From a virus, in the IMG/VR virus record IMGVR_UViG_3300045971_000356, positions 64,001 to 128,000 of that record: a DNA stretch of 64,000 nucleotides. One strand, given 5' to 3'. The notes under the pieces were generated by a model. That model was not told the origin of the DNA, did not search any database, and saw only the letters and a list, made by a program, of their open reading frames with translations. This document shows positions 9,322 to 20,150 of the stretch, piece by piece (position 1 is the stretch's first letter; every line of letters starts with the position of its first letter). Position numbers and translations under genes: made by a program.

Positions 9322-9594
9322 ATGTTTTTAATCAAAGCCGGAACTGTTATTCAAGTTGAAATCCCCAAATCAGAACGTGGCCACTTTAACTGGGTGGGCT
9401 GGAGGCCGTACACCACCAAAGAGGACAAGATTTACGACAAAGAAGAAGTTTGGGACGCAGTTTCAGTCCACAACGACGGCTGGGAAATCCCTGCTTGGAT
9501 TGTCCGCAATGTCACAGAACACGGCAACGTGGTGATCAAACGTGCTGGCAAGTATGCGATGTGTAAGCCCGCACAAATCGAGTTTTTGGACTAA
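9322..9594 (+). CDS. Hypothetical early protein
   Basis: SD AAGGA behind the early promoter. Confidence 0.65.
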   Translation: MFLIKAGTVIQVEIPKSERGHFNWVGWRPYTTKEDKIYDKEEVWDAVSVHNDGWEIPAWIVRNVTEHGNVVIKRAGKYAMCKPAQIEFLD

Positions 9595-9607
9595 CAAAGG
9601 AAGAATA

Positions 9608-9778
9608 ATGGCACAAGTATTGCCGCAAGTATATGGAAAATGGGACTTGCCAGAGACCGTTGAAAACGCCTTCGCCAAAGTAGTGGCAGGCGAATGGTCA
9701 CTTGCCCGCTTTGCTGCTTGGGTCTCTCAAGTTGAATTGGAAGAGTATCGCCGCGCCACCGCTGACGAGAGCATGTAA
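9608..9778 (+). CDS. Hypothetical early protein
   Basis: SD AAGGA; GEWSL..F..W also seen in 40169..40411. Confidence 0.55.
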   Translation: MAQVLPQVYGKWDLPETVENAFAKVVAGEWSLARFAAWVSQVELEEYRRATADESM

Positions 9779-9891
9779 GGCTTGACAATAACCAAAGGTG
9801 AGTGTACAATATGCTTCACTTAACATTAATCGTGACCATTGAGTTGGCACTTATCGCGTTAACACTTTTAACAGCAGCAATAGAGTAAACT

Positions 9892-12126
9892 ATGATTTTA
9901 AACAACAAACCGCAAAACGAAGCAATCTTGTCCAACGTAAACGAGATTGGCGAGTTCCGCATTCGCAACTCTGCTAAAGCATTTAGCATCCTGAGTTCCA
10001 GTTTGTACGCAAACAAAATCCGCGCCATCGTGCGTGAGTTGAGCTGCAACGCAGTTGACTCGCATAAAGCAGCAGGCAAGGAAGCAACGCCTTTTGATGT
10101 TCATCTGCCAAACCAACTTGAACCTTGGTTTAGCATTCGCGACTACGGCGTGGGCTTGTCACATAAGCAAGTGACGGAAATCTACACCACCTACTTTGAG
10201 TCCACTAAGACTGGCAGCAACGATTTCATCGGCGCACTTGGCCTTGGCAGCAAGACTCCATTCGCTTACACGGATAACTTTACTGTGACTGCGGTTAAAG
10301 ACGGCATCCGCGGCGTGTACTCTGCGTTTATCAATGAGCAAGGCGTTCCAAGCATTGCGTTGATGATGAGCGAAGAAAGCACTGATCCAAACGGCGTTGA
10401 AGTCAAGTTTTCCGTCAACGGGTACAGCGACTTTGACCGCTTCATTACTGAAGCCCGCAACGTTTACTCACACTTTAGTCTGCGCCCTGTAGTTAGCGGC
10501 GGCCTGCGCACATTTTCTTTCCTTGACGTCAAGTACAAGGAAAAAGACATTGTGCCTGGCGTACATTACATTTCAAGCGAAAATCGGTACGATAATAATT
10601 CGTATGCTGTAATGGGCAATATCGCTTACCCAATCGCTATCCCTGACGCTGACAAAGAACTTGGCACATTGTCTGAGTTGCTGAAATGCGGTCTTGAAAT
10701 CCACTTTGGCATTGGCGAACTGGACTTCCAAGCGTCACGTGAAGGCTTGTCCTACATTCCAATCACGGTGAAGAACATCAAGACAAAACTTCAACAACTG
10801 AATGCTCAACTTGCTGTACACATTGCTGAAGCAGCAGACAAGATTCCAAACTTGTGGGAACGGCTGTACTATTTGCAAAAGATGGACAACGAGCGTTTGT
10901 TTAAGGCTGCGGTTGGAAAGTATGTCGCTGACACAAAGTTTCCGCTGATCCCAAAAGTAAACGCCCACATGAACACGTTAAAGTTCACGTTGATGGTAAG
11001 CGAACTTGAGAAAAAGTACAACATCAAGATGAGCGGGTTCAATAAAAACCGCCACACCGTTAGCCTTAAACAGATCAAAGAAACGTCTGTCTCCACCGGC
11101 AAAAAGCAAACAAACGGGACGCCTGAATATAAGCCAGCGTTTGAGATTCATCCTCAATCACACATTCGCTTTGTGTTGGGTGATACCAATGGTTGTATTT
11201 CGCGGACTAAGCACCACTTTTCAACAAGCATGAAAAACAGTGGCACAGACGACCAAGTGTCTGTGTTTGTTATTAGTGCAGTTGACAAGAAGAAACCTGT
11301 CAAGTTTGCTGCACTGATGAAAGACTTGCTGAGCCCGCCTAAAAAGCAGATTCTCAAGACGTCAGACATGGCAGAAAAGCCTCGTGCTGGTTCTAAAGTT
11401 AGCGGCAAAAATGTGACAATCATGAAGGCAGCACGCCGCAATGAAAACGGTGGTTACTACAACCGCCGTAATGCGTACGACATGGTTTGGCGCGATGCTG
11501 GCACTGCTGACAAGTTGGACGCAAAGCAACAATATTACTACATTGAGATGAGCGGCTTCAAAATGTTGTCCGCCAAAATGAACTCAATGGGCCTTGACAA
11601 CTTTGTGGAAGCAGTAGGTAACAGCGGCATTAAATCGCTGCAAAATCTGAAACTGTACGGCGTTCGCAAAACTGACATCGAATACATCAAAGCGCAGAAA
11701 AACTGGGTGAACGCTGAAACGTTTGTTACACAGGTTTTGGAGAATCTGAGCGATGAGATTTTGATGGGATTGGCTGCAAAAACACTTGACAATTACGCAT
11801 CGTTCAAGTACACTGAAAAAGTAGCAAGTAACATCATTGATCCCGCAAGCCCATATTTGGTGTTTGCTAACAAGATCAAGGATGTGACCGCAGTTCAGTA
11901 TCACGACAATTACTTTGAACGGTTGGTTGCTCACTGGGCACCAAACATGAAGAACACGCCAAAGTCAATGGCGGCGAAATTGGAAAGCGAATGCAAAGCG
12001 TTGAACAGAGTGTATCCGTTGATGTCGCAGATGAACAATTGGCGCGGTAGGATGGATAAAGAAATAGCGCAGTACATCAATTTGATTGATGCTGCCAAGA
12101 GTGTAGATGAAGAAACGAGAATTTAA
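9892..12126 (+). CDS. rIIA: RIIA protein (GHKL/HATPase domain)
   Basis: LSSSLYANKIRAIVRELSCNAVDSH, RDYGVGL, GALGLGSKTPFAY and ASREGLSY. Confidence 0.9.
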   Translation: MILNNKPQNEAILSNVNEIGEFRIRNSAKAFSILSSSLYANKIRAIVRELSCNAVDSHKAAGKEATPFDVHLPNQLEPWFSIRDYGVGLSHKQVTEIYTTYFESTKTGSNDFIGALGLGSKTPFAYTDNFTVTAVKDGIRGVYSAFINEQGVPSIALMMSEESTDPNGVEVKFSVNGYSDFDRFITEARNVYSHFSLRPVVSGGLRTFSFLDVKYKEKDIVPGVHYISSENRYDNNSYAVMGNIAYPIAIPDADKELGTLSELLKCGLEIHFGIGELDFQASREGLSYIPITVKNIKTKLQQLNAQLAVHIAEAADKIPNLWERLYYLQKMDNERLFKAAVGKYVADTKFPLIPKVNAHMNTLKFTLMVSELEKKYNIKMSGFNKNRHTVSLKQIKETSVSTGKKQTNGTPEYKPAFEIHPQSHIRFVLGDTNGCISRTKHHFSTSMKNSGTDDQVSVFVISAVDKKKPVKFAALMKDLLSPPKKQILKTSDMAEKPRAGSKVSGKNVTIMKAARRNENGGYYNRRNAYDMVWRDAGTADKLDAKQQYYYIEMSGFKMLSAKMNSMGLDNFVEAVGNSGIKSLQNLKLYGVRKTDIEYIKAQKNWVNAETFVTQVLENLSDEILMGLAAKTLDNYASFKYTEKVASNIIDPASPYLVFANKIKDVTAVQYHDNYFERLVAHWAPNMKNTPKSMAAKLESECKALNRVYPLMSQMNNWRGRMDKEIAQYINLIDAAKSVDEETRI

Positions 12127-12297
12127 TGAAAAAAGTAAATGAATTGGACACAAAGTCAACTGATCCAGTTGATGATGGCATAATTGAGTCTGATCTGCCA
12201 ATTGAAGAACAGATTGCACTGATGCAAGATGCACTTGCTGCTCTTGAGCGGATGCGAATCCGGCACGAAAAAAGGGACGCAGAAAGGGCACGAAAAA

Positions 12298-12576
12298 ATG
12301 GTTAAATTGGCAGAGATCAACATAGATCCAGTGCAACGAACATTGGATTATTTGATTAGCAATTTAGCAGTATTTGTTGAGCAAGAATATGATCGCTTTT
12401 ATCAAGAGTCCAAAGGATTTAGCCTCACTGTTGAGGATATTCTCAGTACAGATGAAATTGCAGATGAAATCAATGACTTAAATAACACATTTGCTGCTGT
12501 AAAAGTGAGATTTTCGCCGCATCACCAAACATACAGATTAGTAGTTTACATGCTCAACTACTTGAAAAATTCTTAG
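12298..12576 (+). CDS. Hypothetical protein
   Basis: ORF between rIIA and rIIB; start uncertain. Confidence 0.45.
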   Translation: MVKLAEINIDPVQRTLDYLISNLAVFVEQEYDRFYQESKGFSLTVEDILSTDEIADEINDLNNTFAAVKVRFSPHHQTYRLVVYMLNYLKNS

Positions 12577-12603
12577 AGCAGTTTATTTTTAAAGGAAAAA
12601 ATC

Positions 12604-13509
12604 ATGTCATATCCGTACATTATCCAAGGTGGCAATCTTGTTGTCGTTATCGGCAACGTGCCACACACTGTGAGCAAAACGCACATCACATACGACAAAT
12701 TGGTTGCGGCTATCAAAGCAAGCGACTGGGACGCGGTTAAAGATTTGATCGAGCCCAAGAAAGTTGTGCTGAAGTTTGCTGAAGGCAACGTTAGCATCGA
12801 AGGCGATGAGTTCTTGTGGCGCGGTCAGCCAATGGACAATTCCTTGTCACGGCGTATGATTGAAATGCTAAAAGAAGGTTTCCCGATCACTCCGATGGTT
12901 AACTTTATGCATAACTTGATGGCCAACCCAAGCAAGCGGGCAGTAACTGAACTGTATGGTTTCTTGGAAAAGAGCAATTTGCCAATCACGCCAGATGGAC
13001 ACTTCCTTGCTTACAAGAAAGTCCGTGCTGATTACCTTGACTGCCACAGCCGCACGATGGACAATAGTGTTGGACAAGTTGTGTCAATGGAGCGTAATGC
13101 GGTAGATGACGACAAAGATCGCACTTGCTCAGCAGGCCTGCACTTTTGCAGCATTAGCTACTTGTCAAGTTTTGGCGGCGAGCGCACAATGATCTTGAAG
13201 ATCAATCCGCGTGACGTTGTTAGCATCCCGAGTGATTACAACGACGCGAAGGGTCGTGCATGCTCTTACACTGTTATTGGTGAACTTGATGCTGCACCTG
13301 ACACTGCGTTTGACAAGCCAGTGCAAAGTAACGCAAAGGTTGTGAAGCCTGGTGCTTGGCCGTTCCCTAAGGGCGGTGATGAGCCTCAAGTTTCAACGGC
13401 AAGTGGTCACCCGCTGTCAATGACGCCAAATGCGATCCGTAAACGTGCTGCCCGTGCTGCTAAAAAGGCGGCGGCATCACAGTATAACGCACAGTTCCGC
13501 AGTTTTTAA
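12604..13509 (+). CDS. rIIB: RIIB protein
   Basis: NPSKRAVTELYGFL, ITPDGHFLAYKKV, CSAGLHFC and PRDVVSIPSDY. Confidence 0.9.
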   Translation: MSYPYIIQGGNLVVVIGNVPHTVSKTHITYDKLVAAIKASDWDAVKDLIEPKKVVLKFAEGNVSIEGDEFLWRGQPMDNSLSRRMIEMLKEGFPITPMVNFMHNLMANPSKRAVTELYGFLEKSNLPITPDGHFLAYKKVRADYLDCHSRTMDNSVGQVVSMERNAVDDDKDRTCSAGLHFCSISYLSSFGGERTMILKINPRDVVSIPSDYNDAKGRACSYTVIGELDAAPDTAFDKPVQSNAKVVKPGAWPFPKGGDEPQVSTASGHPLSMTPNAIRKRAARAAKKAAASQYNAQFRSF

Positions 13510-13533
13510 CGCGAAATCGTAAGAAAACAACAC

Positions 13534-13562
13534 AGAAACCTCAGAAAACCTGGGGTTTCTTC
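13534..13562 (+). terminator. Hairpin, probable terminator after rIIB
   Basis: AGAAACCTCAG-aaaac-CTGGGGTTTCT followed by T. Confidence 0.55.
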
Positions 13563-13573
13563 ACGATTTCTTG

Positions 13574-13602
13574 TTGACAATCGTGCGTTTCTACGCTATA
13601 AT
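13574..13602 (+). promoter_or_regulatory. Sigma70-type early promoter
   Basis: TTGACA-17-TATAAT. Confidence 0.85.
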
Positions 13603-13632
13603 ACAGCATACACAGAAACACTGGAGTTTTAC

Positions 13633-14001
13633 ATGTTTACAGTTAAAGTTGGCGACGAAGTTGGTACAGTTTGGTCCAGCTCGCATAGCTATTTCACTGC
13701 CAGCATTTACACGGTTACCAAGATTAACGGCCACGGCCACATTTACTTGTCCAACGGCGACGTTTACGACAAGCATGGTGACAAGCGTAGCCTGAAGTCA
13801 ACACACGGTAGCTGCATGCGTTTGGTTGAAGCCAAACTTGTTCGCGAAGAAAAAGTGCGCCACGAAGAAAATCAACGCCTGCGTGGCATTGTGTCGTCCA
13901 TTACTGCCAAACTGTCTGGCATGGGTAATAGCTACTCAGGTTATATTCGTGTTACTGCTGAAGACAAAGCAGAACTGATTGCGCTGGTGAATACACTGTA
14001 A
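13633..14001 (+). CDS. Hypothetical early protein
   Basis: SD GGAG after the promoter. Confidence 0.65.
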   Translation: MFTVKVGDEVGTVWSSSHSYFTASIYTVTKINGHGHIYLSNGDVYDKHGDKRSLKSTHGSCMRLVEAKLVREEKVRHEENQRLRGIVSSITAKLSGMGNSYSGYIRVTAEDKAELIALVNTL

Positions 14002-14017
14002 TTTAAAGGAAAGCAAA

Positions 14018-14230
14018 ATGAACGAACGAATTTGGGATCTTTTTAAACAATCTGGCATCGACATCGGTGAAGATCAGGAAAGTAATATTGAAAAGTTCGC
14101 CGAACTGATTGTGCGCGAATGTAAAGCATCTATTGAGAAAACAATCGACCTCTCTTGCACAACAGATGATGAGAAAATGGGTTGCGAATTTGCCATTACT
14201 AATCTATTGGAACATTTCGGAGTTGAATGA
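14018..14230 (+). CDS. MNERI-family small protein
   Basis: MNERI...EKFAELIVREC...EHFGVE. Confidence 0.75.
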   Translation: MNERIWDLFKQSGIDIGEDQESNIEKFAELIVRECKASIEKTIDLSCTTDDEKMGCEFAITNLLEHFGVE

Positions 14231-14415
14231 TGAACACAGTTTTAGTTTGGATTTTGGTTTCTATCGGTGGGTATAACACCAACACTATCACATATTCGCC
14301 GCCGATGGCAGATTTGGAATCTTGCCAACGCATGCAAAAATCTATCAATGATTTGTATCCAGGTGGCCAACCACGGGCGCGGGTGCAGTGCATCCAAGTT
14401 AAGGTTTTGAAATGA
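14227..14415 (+). CDS. Small exported or membrane hypothetical protein
   Basis: Hydrophobic N-terminus, two Cys, ATGA coupling. Confidence 0.55.
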   Translation: MMNTVLVWILVSIGGYNTNTITYSPPMADLESCQRMQKSINDLYPGGQPRARVQCIQVKVLK

Positions 14416-14581
14416 AAAAAGTTGTGTACAAAAATCTCACACTTGCCAAAGGCTCCAAAGCACTTGAGCTCTGGGAAGACTGGCAGCGTGACACCAAAGA
14501 TCGCAATGCTGCACAAAAGAAATTGGACCAGCATATGAAAGATGTTGAGAACCGTTACCGCGAATTGCTGGAGAAAGCAAA

Positions 14582-14827
14582 ATGAACGAACGAATTAAAG
14601 AACTTATTGAGCAAGCAACTACTAAAGAAGATTTTTATCCTGCTGGGTGCAATGGCTATCCTGAATATCGCATCTATTTTGACAAGGAAAAGTTCGCCGA
14701 GCTTATTATCAAGGAATGTCTTGATATGGCCATCAACATTGTTATGGAAAACAACTGCAAGGAAATTTTTACAAGTAGGACCCAGATTCAGTGGCCTATA
14801 GAAGAACATTTTGGAGTTGAAGAATGA
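14582..14827 (+). CDS. MNERI-family small protein
   Basis: Same three conserved blocks. Confidence 0.75.
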   Translation: MNERIKELIEQATTKEDFYPAGCNGYPEYRIYFDKEKFAELIIKECLDMAINIVMENNCKEIFTSRTQIQWPIEEHFGVEE

Positions 14828-15087
14828 ACGAACGAATTCTAAAACTTTGCCTACAAGCCGCAGATGGCACTGTTGACCCAAATAGCCCGTTTACACCGGA
14901 AGAGGTTATCAACCTCCAAGTAAAGCTGGCCGAACTGATTGTGCGGGAATGTTTGCGTATTGTGGAAAGCAACATTCATGGTCCTGCTGGACCACATGAT
15001 TACAGTTACACAGATGAAAATTATGCCGCAGATGAACGAGCTGAAACCATTTACAATGAAGTTGGCGACTATTTCGGAGTGAAATGA
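14824..15087 (+). CDS. MNERI-family small protein
   Basis: MNERI...KLAELIVREC...DYFGVK. Confidence 0.75.
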   Translation: MNERILKLCLQAADGTVDPNSPFTPEEVINLQVKLAELIVRECLRIVESNIHGPAGPHDYSYTDENYAADERAETIYNEVGDYFGVK

Positions 15088-15427
15088 TGTTACTAAAATT
15101 GTTACTATATGTAATTGCAGCGGTTGCATACTTGACTATTCCGCCAGCTCTTGCTATACTTGCGGAGAAGATTTTTTACCCTAAAAAGGATTATCATGGT
15201 TGAATGTAAACACTGCAAATTTTGTGACACCAAATGGGCCAACGACGGCTATGGCTTCTGTAAAATCCGATTTCCAAATTGGATGATTCAAAGCTCTAAC
15301 TCAATGTTTGGCACAGACAAAATGGTCTGTATCAAACCAGATTGTGACGATGGTTGCGACATTGGGCAACTGTTAGCACCAGGTGAAACAGCAGATTTTC
15401 CTCCAACAGTAGCAGGATATTTGTAAC

Positions 15428-15643
15428 ATGGCACACGAAGCAGGTAAAGGCAGTAAGCCACGCAAAGGCGCAGATCTCGAAGCGTATGCGCAAGGCTGGG
15501 AACGGGTTTTTGGCTCACATAGCAAAGACGCAAACGCACACAAAAAGCACACTTGCCCTTACCGCGAAGCAGTCAACGGAGATTTCAAAACTCTTTGTGA
15601 CTGTGACCACGACGCCACCCACCAATGCAAAATGGACATTTAA
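15428..15643 (+). CDS. Hypothetical Cys-rich protein
   Basis: GKGSKPR start; HTCPY...CDC...C. Confidence 0.6.
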   Translation: MAHEAGKGSKPRKGADLEAYAQGWERVFGSHSKDANAHKKHTCPYREAVNGDFKTLCDCDHDATHQCKMDI

Positions 15644-16039
15644 CAAGTAACCTAAGGTAGTTCATGTTTTATTTTACGCCAAAAAATCCAGCCCCCAGCA
15701 TTGCTGAACTTGCCGCTGCTACTCAACGTGCGGCACAAAATCATGCTGAACTCATGCGAAAAATTGGTAATTATCAGCCGCGGTTTTCTCAACCTGGGCG
15801 GGCAAAATAATGCGTAAATGTAAAATTCCACAAGGTCGTGGTATGCTGTCGTCATATGAACGCACGGCAGACAAATTGCTGAAGGGTATCCCGAAGCCAG
15901 AGACTATTGGCTTCTTTTACGAAGGTCACTTTTTAACAGGTGTGGCATCGTCACACAAAACAAAGCAAGCATGTGTTTGGCGTCTATTTTGGCGCTTGAA
16001 ATATAACCACGATGTTAAATCGTTTACAAGGAACTTAAA

Positions 16040-16426
16040 ATGAAAAAGTCAAAATTGATTGAAATGCTGAATGCAATCCCGGGTAATCCAGACATCAAAC
16101 TCTGGAACGGCATGGTTGGCGATTGGATGGAAATTGATCCAAAGTTGATTGAACAAGTTCTTGTGAAACAAACACTCGAGCACTGGTTGGAAATGTGCCG
16201 TTATCAAGACCGGCGCGATAAGAAAGATCCAGATTATCAGATGCCACCCGAGGAAATTGCTGAATTGACAAAACGTTACTCCAAGTTGCATCAGTGGGAA
16301 ATGAATCCATTTGTAACATTGGAAGATGTGGAAAATAAACGTTACCGGGCCAAGAATGTTTTGATCATGCAGGCTAAATCTCGTGGGGTAAAAACATTTG
16401 ATCGCATGGGTGATATCTCTTACTAA
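16040..16426 (+). CDS. Hypothetical protein
   Basis: Coupled ORF with SD. Confidence 0.65.
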   Translation: MKKSKLIEMLNAIPGNPDIKLWNGMVGDWMEIDPKLIEQVLVKQTLEHWLEMCRYQDRRDKKDPDYQMPPEEIAELTKRYSKLHQWEMNPFVTLEDVENKRYRAKNVLIMQAKSRGVKTFDRMGDISY

Positions 16427-16436
16427 GGAACTTGAA

Positions 16437-16850
16437 ATGAAAACACTTAAACAACGCATTGTGACTCTTCTCAAGGTTGAGTTTATTTTAGCTGCAACCG
16501 TAGTAGCAGCAATTGCCGGATGCTCGGATGCTGATGTTGCGTCACGTAACCTGTCCAAAGCGGCTGACCAGTTTGAAGTCAATCGGAGGATTGTATTCTA
16601 CAATGGCATCACAAACGATTACATTTTGACAATTGAAGGTCTTTGTTCACTGGGTAACAATGACAAATCCAAACAAATTACTGTTACGTGCAAGACTGGT
16701 GCAAGCTCATTCAAGAAACACTTTCTCGGATTGTCTGACAATGTGACATTCTTCGCGGAACAACTTGAACCAATGCCTGTGTCCGTTTATCGGTATCGCG
16801 TGATTTTCAAACCGGCAACCATTGTTCCTGACATTGAGGCGAAACTGTGA
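16437..16850 (+). CDS. Conserved phage lipoprotein-like protein
   Basis: Lipobox IAGC; ADVASRNLSKAADQFEVNRRIVFYNGIT. Confidence 0.7.
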   Translation: MKTLKQRIVTLLKVEFILAATVVAAIAGCSDADVASRNLSKAADQFEVNRRIVFYNGITNDYILTIEGLCSLGNNDKSKQITVTCKTGASSFKKHFLGLSDNVTFFAEQLEPMPVSVYRYRVIFKPATIVPDIEAKL

Positions 16851-17260
16851 ATGATGTAACAGGAAAAGAATTAGCAGTCGGCGATAAGATTGTGCTTATC
16901 CCACAGAACGGATATACAATGTCACTATCAATGGGCATCATTACTGGATTCACACCAAAGAAGGTGCAAATCAAATTAACAAATAAATGTTGGGATTATT
17001 CGGCAGATGAATGTCTCAAATTTCCTGAACAAGTAGCAAAGGTTTAAAATGTTTGAAATCACAATGCATCTGCCAGATGGTACAGCTAAGGTTGTCGCTG
17101 TAAATGCAGTTCCACAGCGAGGTGATTATTGCTATGTCCCAGATGATAAAACATTCTTTCCGCATGATGCTATGTACCGGGTAATGGGAGTTGAGCATCA
17201 AATTGGAACTTGGGATGGTTCTAGGCGATCATCATTGATTGTAGTTTATTTGGAGTTAAA

Positions 17261-17839
17261 ATGACTTGGTTTACTTGGTCACCGCTCGAACTTTGGGCAA
17301 ACATCTTCACTATCGCTTGCATCGTGCTCGCAGGACGAAATTCCATTCACACTTGGTGGACTGGACTAGTCGGCTGTGTGCTTTTTATATTCCTGTTTTG
17401 CAATGTGCAACTGTATGCTGATGCGACACTACAAATATTCTTCTTTGCCACTGGGGTTATTGGCTGGATTGCTTGGAGAAACAAGAAAGAAGTAAAAGAA
17501 CTACCTATTGGAGTAGCGAATAAAGAATATATGGTTGTCGCGGTAGGAACAGCCGTAGCAGTCGCTCTGGCATACGGTTGGTTGCTACATACCTTCACAA
17601 ATGCTTATGCGCCCTGGATCGATTCTACTGTATTGGCGTTCTCTGTAGTCGCACAATTGCTACTAATGAGCCGAAGTATTCAAACTTGGAAAGTTTGGCT
17701 GATTGTGAACACTCTATCCGTCCCACTGTTCTGGAGTCGTGAACTATACCTGACATCTGTGCTATATGGATTCTTTTGGGTCAATGCAGCAGTGTCATAT
17801 TTCAACTGGAAGAAACTAATGGAGAAGCAAAATGCTTAA
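17261..17839 (+). CDS. pnuC: Nicotinamide riboside transporter PnuC
   Basis: Multi-pass membrane protein; LYADATLQ, PWIDS and W..W..VN motifs. Confidence 0.88.
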   Translation: MTWFTWSPLELWANIFTIACIVLAGRNSIHTWWTGLVGCVLFIFLFCNVQLYADATLQIFFFATGVIGWIAWRNKKEVKELPIGVANKEYMVVAVGTAVAVALAYGWLLHTFTNAYAPWIDSTVLAFSVVAQLLLMSRSIQTWKVWLIVNTLSVPLFWSRELYLTSVLYGFFWVNAAVSYFNWKKLMEKQNA

Positions 17840-18335
17840 AAATCGTGTAGAACTAATTGAGCACGACATTCGTAAACTTACGGACAGATGTGGTGCTGCA
17901 TATTTGCAAGCAATCAAATCTGGTGTACCTGATGTTGGTCCAGATTATTTTGTAGATTTAGAGCTCATTGTACACCTTAAAGGGCAACTTGAGATTATCA
18001 AGGATTTAATCAACAAGGGGCACGAATAATGTGTGAATCTCTTTTTGGAAATAGGTTTTCAAATTTTGACATCTTTGTAATTGCAATACTAGCTAGTATG
18101 GCAGGTGCTGGTGCGCTTACATTTATTCAAGTAGTTGGACTTGGTGCGGCCGGCGCATTAGTGAGTGTCCTTCTTACTAACATGTTTGCTAGGAAATCAT
18201 GAAAAACTTATCTACATATCTTATTGCAGCATTTTTGATTGCACTGATATCAATGTTGGTCTACCTTGAAGTTGATATGTGGCAAGAATGCCGCGCAACT
18301 AACTCTTGGTTTTACTGTATGCGGGTGTTGTCAAA

Positions 18336-18554
18336 ATGAACGAACGAATTAAAGAACTTGCTGAGCAAGCCGGTTTTGATGTCTATAGTTGGAATGAAAA
18401 TGAATTGGAAAAGTTTGCGAATTTGATTGTTGCCGACTGTATTGAAATTGTACAACCTTGTAAGTGTGGGTGCAATGAAGGCGGTAACCAAATCAGTGTT
18501 ACTTTAGGCACCACAGTAGAAATGATTAAAGAACATTTTGGAGTTGAAAAATGA
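18336..18554 (+). CDS. MNERI-family small protein
   Basis: MNERIKELAEQAG...EKFANLIV...IKEHFGVE. Confidence 0.75.
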   Translation: MNERIKELAEQAGFDVYSWNENELEKFANLIVADCIEIVQPCKCGCNEGGNQISVTLGTTVEMIKEHFGVEK

Positions 18555-18763
18555 ACGAACAAATTGCTAAATTAGCATCACAGGCAGGATTTGATGTCGG
18601 AATGCACGACGGAATGATACTTGGCAACTTTTCTGATATGCATAAATGTCAGAAACTTGCAGAGTTGATTATCAATGAATGTATTTCTACTTGTGCTACG
18701 GATAAGTTAGGAAAAACTGCGTCGGCTGAAGATTTAATCAAAGAACACTTTGGAGTAAAATAA
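18551..18763 (+). CDS. MNERI-family small protein
   Basis: MNEQIAKLASQAG...KLAELIINEC...IKEHFGVK. Confidence 0.75.
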   Translation: MNEQIAKLASQAGFDVGMHDGMILGNFSDMHKCQKLAELIINECISTCATDKLGKTASAEDLIKEHFGVK

Positions 18764-19003
18764 TGTTAGGAATGTCAGCATACCAACTTGATCTAATGTT
18801 TGAGTACATTGAATGTAAAAGCGAGCGATTTCCTACGCCAGGCACCTATAAAAGAATATCGGAAATCAGAAAAACACTGCTTGACGAGGCACGAGCGTCA
18901 GAAGAAAATCGTCAGCGAATTGTTAAGAGTCTGAAGCATCTTGGCAAGCCAGAATAGTTTACACATAATCTAAATTGTGTTACACTGTGTTAAAGGAAAT
19001 TAA

Positions 19004-19192
19004 ATGAGCGAATATACTTGTCCAGAATGTGGCAGCACTGAAGTTACACTTACACACGAACAATCGTTCATGGCAAACTCGGGTGAGCATTATTGCCACT
19101 CTGTAAAAATTCAAGACTCGGATTCACAAGCACGGTGTATTGATTGTGGTTGGACTGGCATACATGAACAGCTTGTAGGTTATAAAAAATGA
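19004..19192 (+). CDS. Small zinc-ribbon protein
   Basis: CPECG...CIDCG. Confidence 0.6.
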   Translation: MSEYTCPECGSTEVTLTHEQSFMANSGEHYCHSVKIQDSDSQARCIDCGWTGIHEQLVGYKK

Positions 19193-19530
19193 GTACATAT
19201 ACCCCAGACGAATGGGTGCTGGTAGAATTTGACTCTCCTGCGCACGGCAAAATTACTAAAGTATTAGCATCTTGGTACGGTGGTTACTTAGGATCTGATT
19301 CTTGGAAGTTGTCATCTGGTGTAAACAAGATTACCAAGACAAAAGCAGGATATGAATTCTTAAATGATTCTGGGTCAGTTTACTTCTGTTACATAAATGG
19401 GTATGGCATGTCAGGTTACACGAGTTCAATTTACAACAATTTTGTCAAACAAATTAAAGAATTAAATGACGGATCAACTATCCGAATCTTGGATGAAGAT
19501 AAAGTTGAAGAAGCGGTACTGATAGTATGA
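19189..19530 (+). CDS. Conserved phage hypothetical protein
   Basis: YTPDEW...WYGGYLGSDSWKLSSG. Confidence 0.7.
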   Translation: MSTYTPDEWVLVEFDSPAHGKITKVLASWYGGYLGSDSWKLSSGVNKITKTKAGYEFLNDSGSVYFCYINGYGMSGYTSSIYNNFVKQIKELNDGSTIRILDEDKVEEAVLIV

Positions 19531-19714
19531 ACACACGGCTTAATGAATTAAAAGAGATTTCGGAGAATATAAAACTGATTAGAGCGTTAACTGATGAAGA
19601 ACAGTACCAATGGTACTTGCGAATTAAAGAATCGTTGCCTGACCTTAAATTATTATTTTCTATAGAAGATATTGAACTTGCTATTGCTGATTATGAGCAA
19701 AGGCATAACGTAAT

Positions 19715-19927
19715 ATGAAAATTACGGAAATTACTTCACGTGCAGGCAAACAGATAAAGAAACTACAAAGGTTATATTCATCGTATATATTTAATCCGTT
19801 AGCATATTCTACATTGTATAAGGCACTTATTGCTGCAATGAATACTAACGATGTAGACGTTAAAAGAGAAGCAGAAATATTAACAGAAAAATTGCATATT
19901 GAAATATTGGAAGCATTGAAGAAATGA
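19715..19927 (+). CDS. Hypothetical protein with MKITEI tag
   Basis: Coupled ORF. Confidence 0.5.
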   Translation: MKITEITSRAGKQIKKLQRLYSSYIFNPLAYSTLYKALIAAMNTNDVDVKREAEILTEKLHIEILEALKK

Positions 19928-20148
19928 ACACACGACTTAGAGAACTATCAATTTACGCGGGCTATTTACCGCATTACTCAACAAAAGCTGATCGCATGGA
20001 AAAATTTGACGAAGATACTTATGCTGAGTTGATTATTCAAGAAGTTTTGAGGGTAATAGAAGCGGCAGAACCCGGTGTCACTGGATTGCCAATGGATGCG
20101 GCGTTGCGCCAAGTCCGTAAGAACATTATCGATTATTTTGGAGAGTAA
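19924..20148 (+). CDS. Divergent MNERI-family protein
   Basis: MNTRLRELS..AG...YAELIIQE...DYFGE. Confidence 0.65.
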   Translation: MNTRLRELSIYAGYLPHYSTKADRMEKFDEDTYAELIIQEVLRVIEAAEPGVTGLPMDAALRQVRKNIIDYFGE

Positions 20149-20150
20149 TC

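Noticed and set aside
14018-20148. Diversity-generating retroelement behind the MNERI family
   Set aside because: There is no reverse transcriptase in the window, and the variation includes indels rather than adenine-specific substitutions.
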